A DNA stretch of 63,486 nt, counting the filler, from Rhabdomonas costata (taxonomy: Eukaryota): assembly GCA_019059605.1 (NCBI GenBank). It is 51 parts of 51 records of this genome, joined end to end, with 100 filler letters (N's around TTAATTAATTAA, not from the genome) between each part and the next. Parts side by side here need not be neighbours in the genome. Positions count along the whole stretch, not along the records: positions 62,340 to 63,486 come from JAHMHO010026299.1; 50 more parts are not named here. One strand, 5' to 3'. The notes under the pieces are model-generated. The model ran no database searches. It was not told the DNA's origin and worked only from the letters and a program-made list of their open reading frames with translations. The translations under genes were made by a program, and so were the position numbers. Shown here piece by piece: positions 62,694 to 63,486 of the stretch. Within the stretch, counting starts at the first letter, position 1. Every line of letters begins with the position of its first letter.

Positions 62694-63382
62694 CTTTCCG
62701 CAGACGAGGTCGAAGGCTCTGCAGTCTCCCAGGTCTTTAGAAGTGGCAGGTTGTCTGCAAGGTTGCAGAAAAGCCCAGCGGAGCTCAGCAGCACCACACA
62801 GGGTTGAGCGCCCTTTCCTCGTGGGCGCAGCACTAACGCTGCGTCCCGGCCCTGCACTTCGACGCGCTGCAGCGTGGCAAGATAGGAGCCATGTTCTGAA
62901 AAGCTCACGTTCCAAAGTTGTTCTTCACTGTTGCCAGTGAAACCTGCAAGACCGTACACTTCCTCACCGTCATGAATGGCAGAGAGAGGCAAGATGGACA
63001 CACGACTAGGGTTCACAGAACTGTACTTTGTCCATTCCACGACGAGTTCGCTTCGAGAGTCACACGTGAACCCTTGAGCTTCGCGGTCAGCCATCCACGC
63101 CTTGAACGCCACCTGCTGTGCAAGAAGAAAGTGATCTCTCACTTTCAGCCGAGCTTCCTCCAAAGTCTCACCGAGCATTGCTTCAAGTGTGGCGATCTCA
63201 AAAAGTGTGACTGGGCTGTAAAAGATTTCAAGCTGAAGGTTGGCCAGTTGAAGTGCCAGAGAAACGTTTCCCGCGCCTTCTGCGTAAGCCACGTCTCGAG
63301 CTTTGCCATAGCTTGCCCACTGTGAAAAGCGAGCTCTTCCTGCTGCCACGGCGTGAAACGGGCTGTCCCTTGGAAGCCGCTC
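62694..63382 (-). CDS. Hypothetical protein, long exon (about 229 codons)
   Basis: Uninterrupted frame from tttag|ERLPRDSPF... to ...PSTSSAE ending at a gtgaat donor, with ordinary globular composition. No family recognised. Confidence 0.55.
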
Positions 63383-63486
63383 CTAAAGCAAGACAGCAAG
63401 AGAGACGGAAAATTAGCAAGAAGAACATCTGCCAAGGAAGGCAAGAAAAATGAAAAACCTGCGTCATTGACCAGAACTTCACAAAC

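Noticed and set aside
1..63486. rRNA, spliced-leader RNA, CRISPR arrays, prokaryotic operons or defence systems, and clear non-conventional introns
   Set aside because: None seen by eye. Every junction I could resolve at both ends was GT-AG or GC-AG. A covariance-model search would be needed to exclude small RNAs.

Overview
This window is not one locus. It is 51 unrelated contigs of about 1.12-1.16 kb, joined by 50 artificial 100-nt spacers (N44-TTAATTAATTAA-N44), so gene order across spacers means nothing. The DNA is from an intron-rich, microsatellite-rich eukaryote, probably a flagellated protist. A discoban, possibly a euglenid, is my inference from CEP104, the HAMP/cyclase receptors and GT/GC-AG introns. 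Contig ends carry G/T-only (or A/C-only) primer remnants and terminal fold-back repeats, pointing to whole-genome-amplified input. Most ORFs in the six-frame track are spurious; real coding sequence occurs as short exons. Exon fragments recognised by eye: DBP4/DDX10 helicase, ABCG transporter, ApaG domain, Kelch-like repeat, SPF30-like, two HAMP receptors, USP9/24/34-like, CEP104, RELCH, PAS/PAC, large-subunit catalase, histidine kinase, V-ATPase proteolipid, ankyrin repeat, a degenerate class III cyclase and an RmlD-like SDR. There is also an RLE-type non-LTR retrotransposon end and a possible hAT relic. The best leads are an apparently high share of GC-AG introns, an intron-bounded clade-2 catalase, and dense sensory-signalling fragments with degenerate catalytic or cofactor sites. 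I found no convincing new multi-gene system, and contigs this short could not show one. All homology calls come from remembered motifs, not from searches.
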